Shown here in pieces: positions 63,994-64,000 of a DNA stretch of 64,000 nucleotides. Each line of letters begins with the position of its first letter. The first letter of the stretch is position 1. Made by a program: the position numbers and the translations under genes. The stretch comes from Tubulanus polymorphus (lineage: Eukaryota > Animalia > Nemertea): assembly GCF_964204645.1 (NCBI RefSeq), contig NC_134035.1, forward strand, positions 6,905,101-6,969,100, written 5' to 3'. The notes beneath the pieces were generated by a model. The model did not search any database, was not told where the DNA came from, and saw nothing but the letters and a program-made list of their open reading frames with translations.

Positions 63994-64000
63994 ACGTGAT

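Larger units (their letters stand above)
59299..64000 (-). mobile_element. Non-LTR retrotransposon (RTEX-like), near full length, with a (TAATCG)n 3' tail
   Basis: ORF1 plus APE-RT-CCHC ORF2; tail repeat at 59299-59322; the 5' end runs off the window. Confidence 0.9.

Overview
Repeat-saturated eukaryotic genomic DNA, probably from an invertebrate animal (inferred from the TE families present). No host gene is confidently identified. From left to right the window holds: (1) a decayed Gypsy LTR element (-) with a nested, RT-deleted BEL/Pao element (+), 1.6-7.9 kb; (2) several families of non-autonomous Helentron-like (HINE/DINE-1-type) repeats, one carrying a solo LTR; (3) a hAT-like DDE transposase pseudogene split by a Harbinger-derived insert, 17.7-21.3 kb; (4) a very AT-rich, decayed Polinton/Maverick- or adintovirus-like segment, about 22.4-43.1 kb. 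This segment encodes a protein-primed family B DNA polymerase, a VLTF3-like gene and zinc-finger ORFs. It is broken by nested Helentron-like insertions that contain MITEs, a 31-bp satellite and a Penelope-like retroelement with a hammerhead motif; (5) a full-length young Gypsy element (47,968-55,522; 194-bp LTRs, GATC TSD); (6) an RTEX-like LINE (-) at the right end. Two things stand out. The Polinton-like pPolB contains a fossil intein with LAGLIDADG homing-endonuclease motifs inserted exactly in the catalytic YxD|TDS motif (29,314-30,261). The Gypsy element carries an intact extra ORF in the env position that encodes a coiled coil plus an SGNH/GDSL hydrolase (48,674-49,507). All family assignments are by motif recognition by eye; no searches were run.
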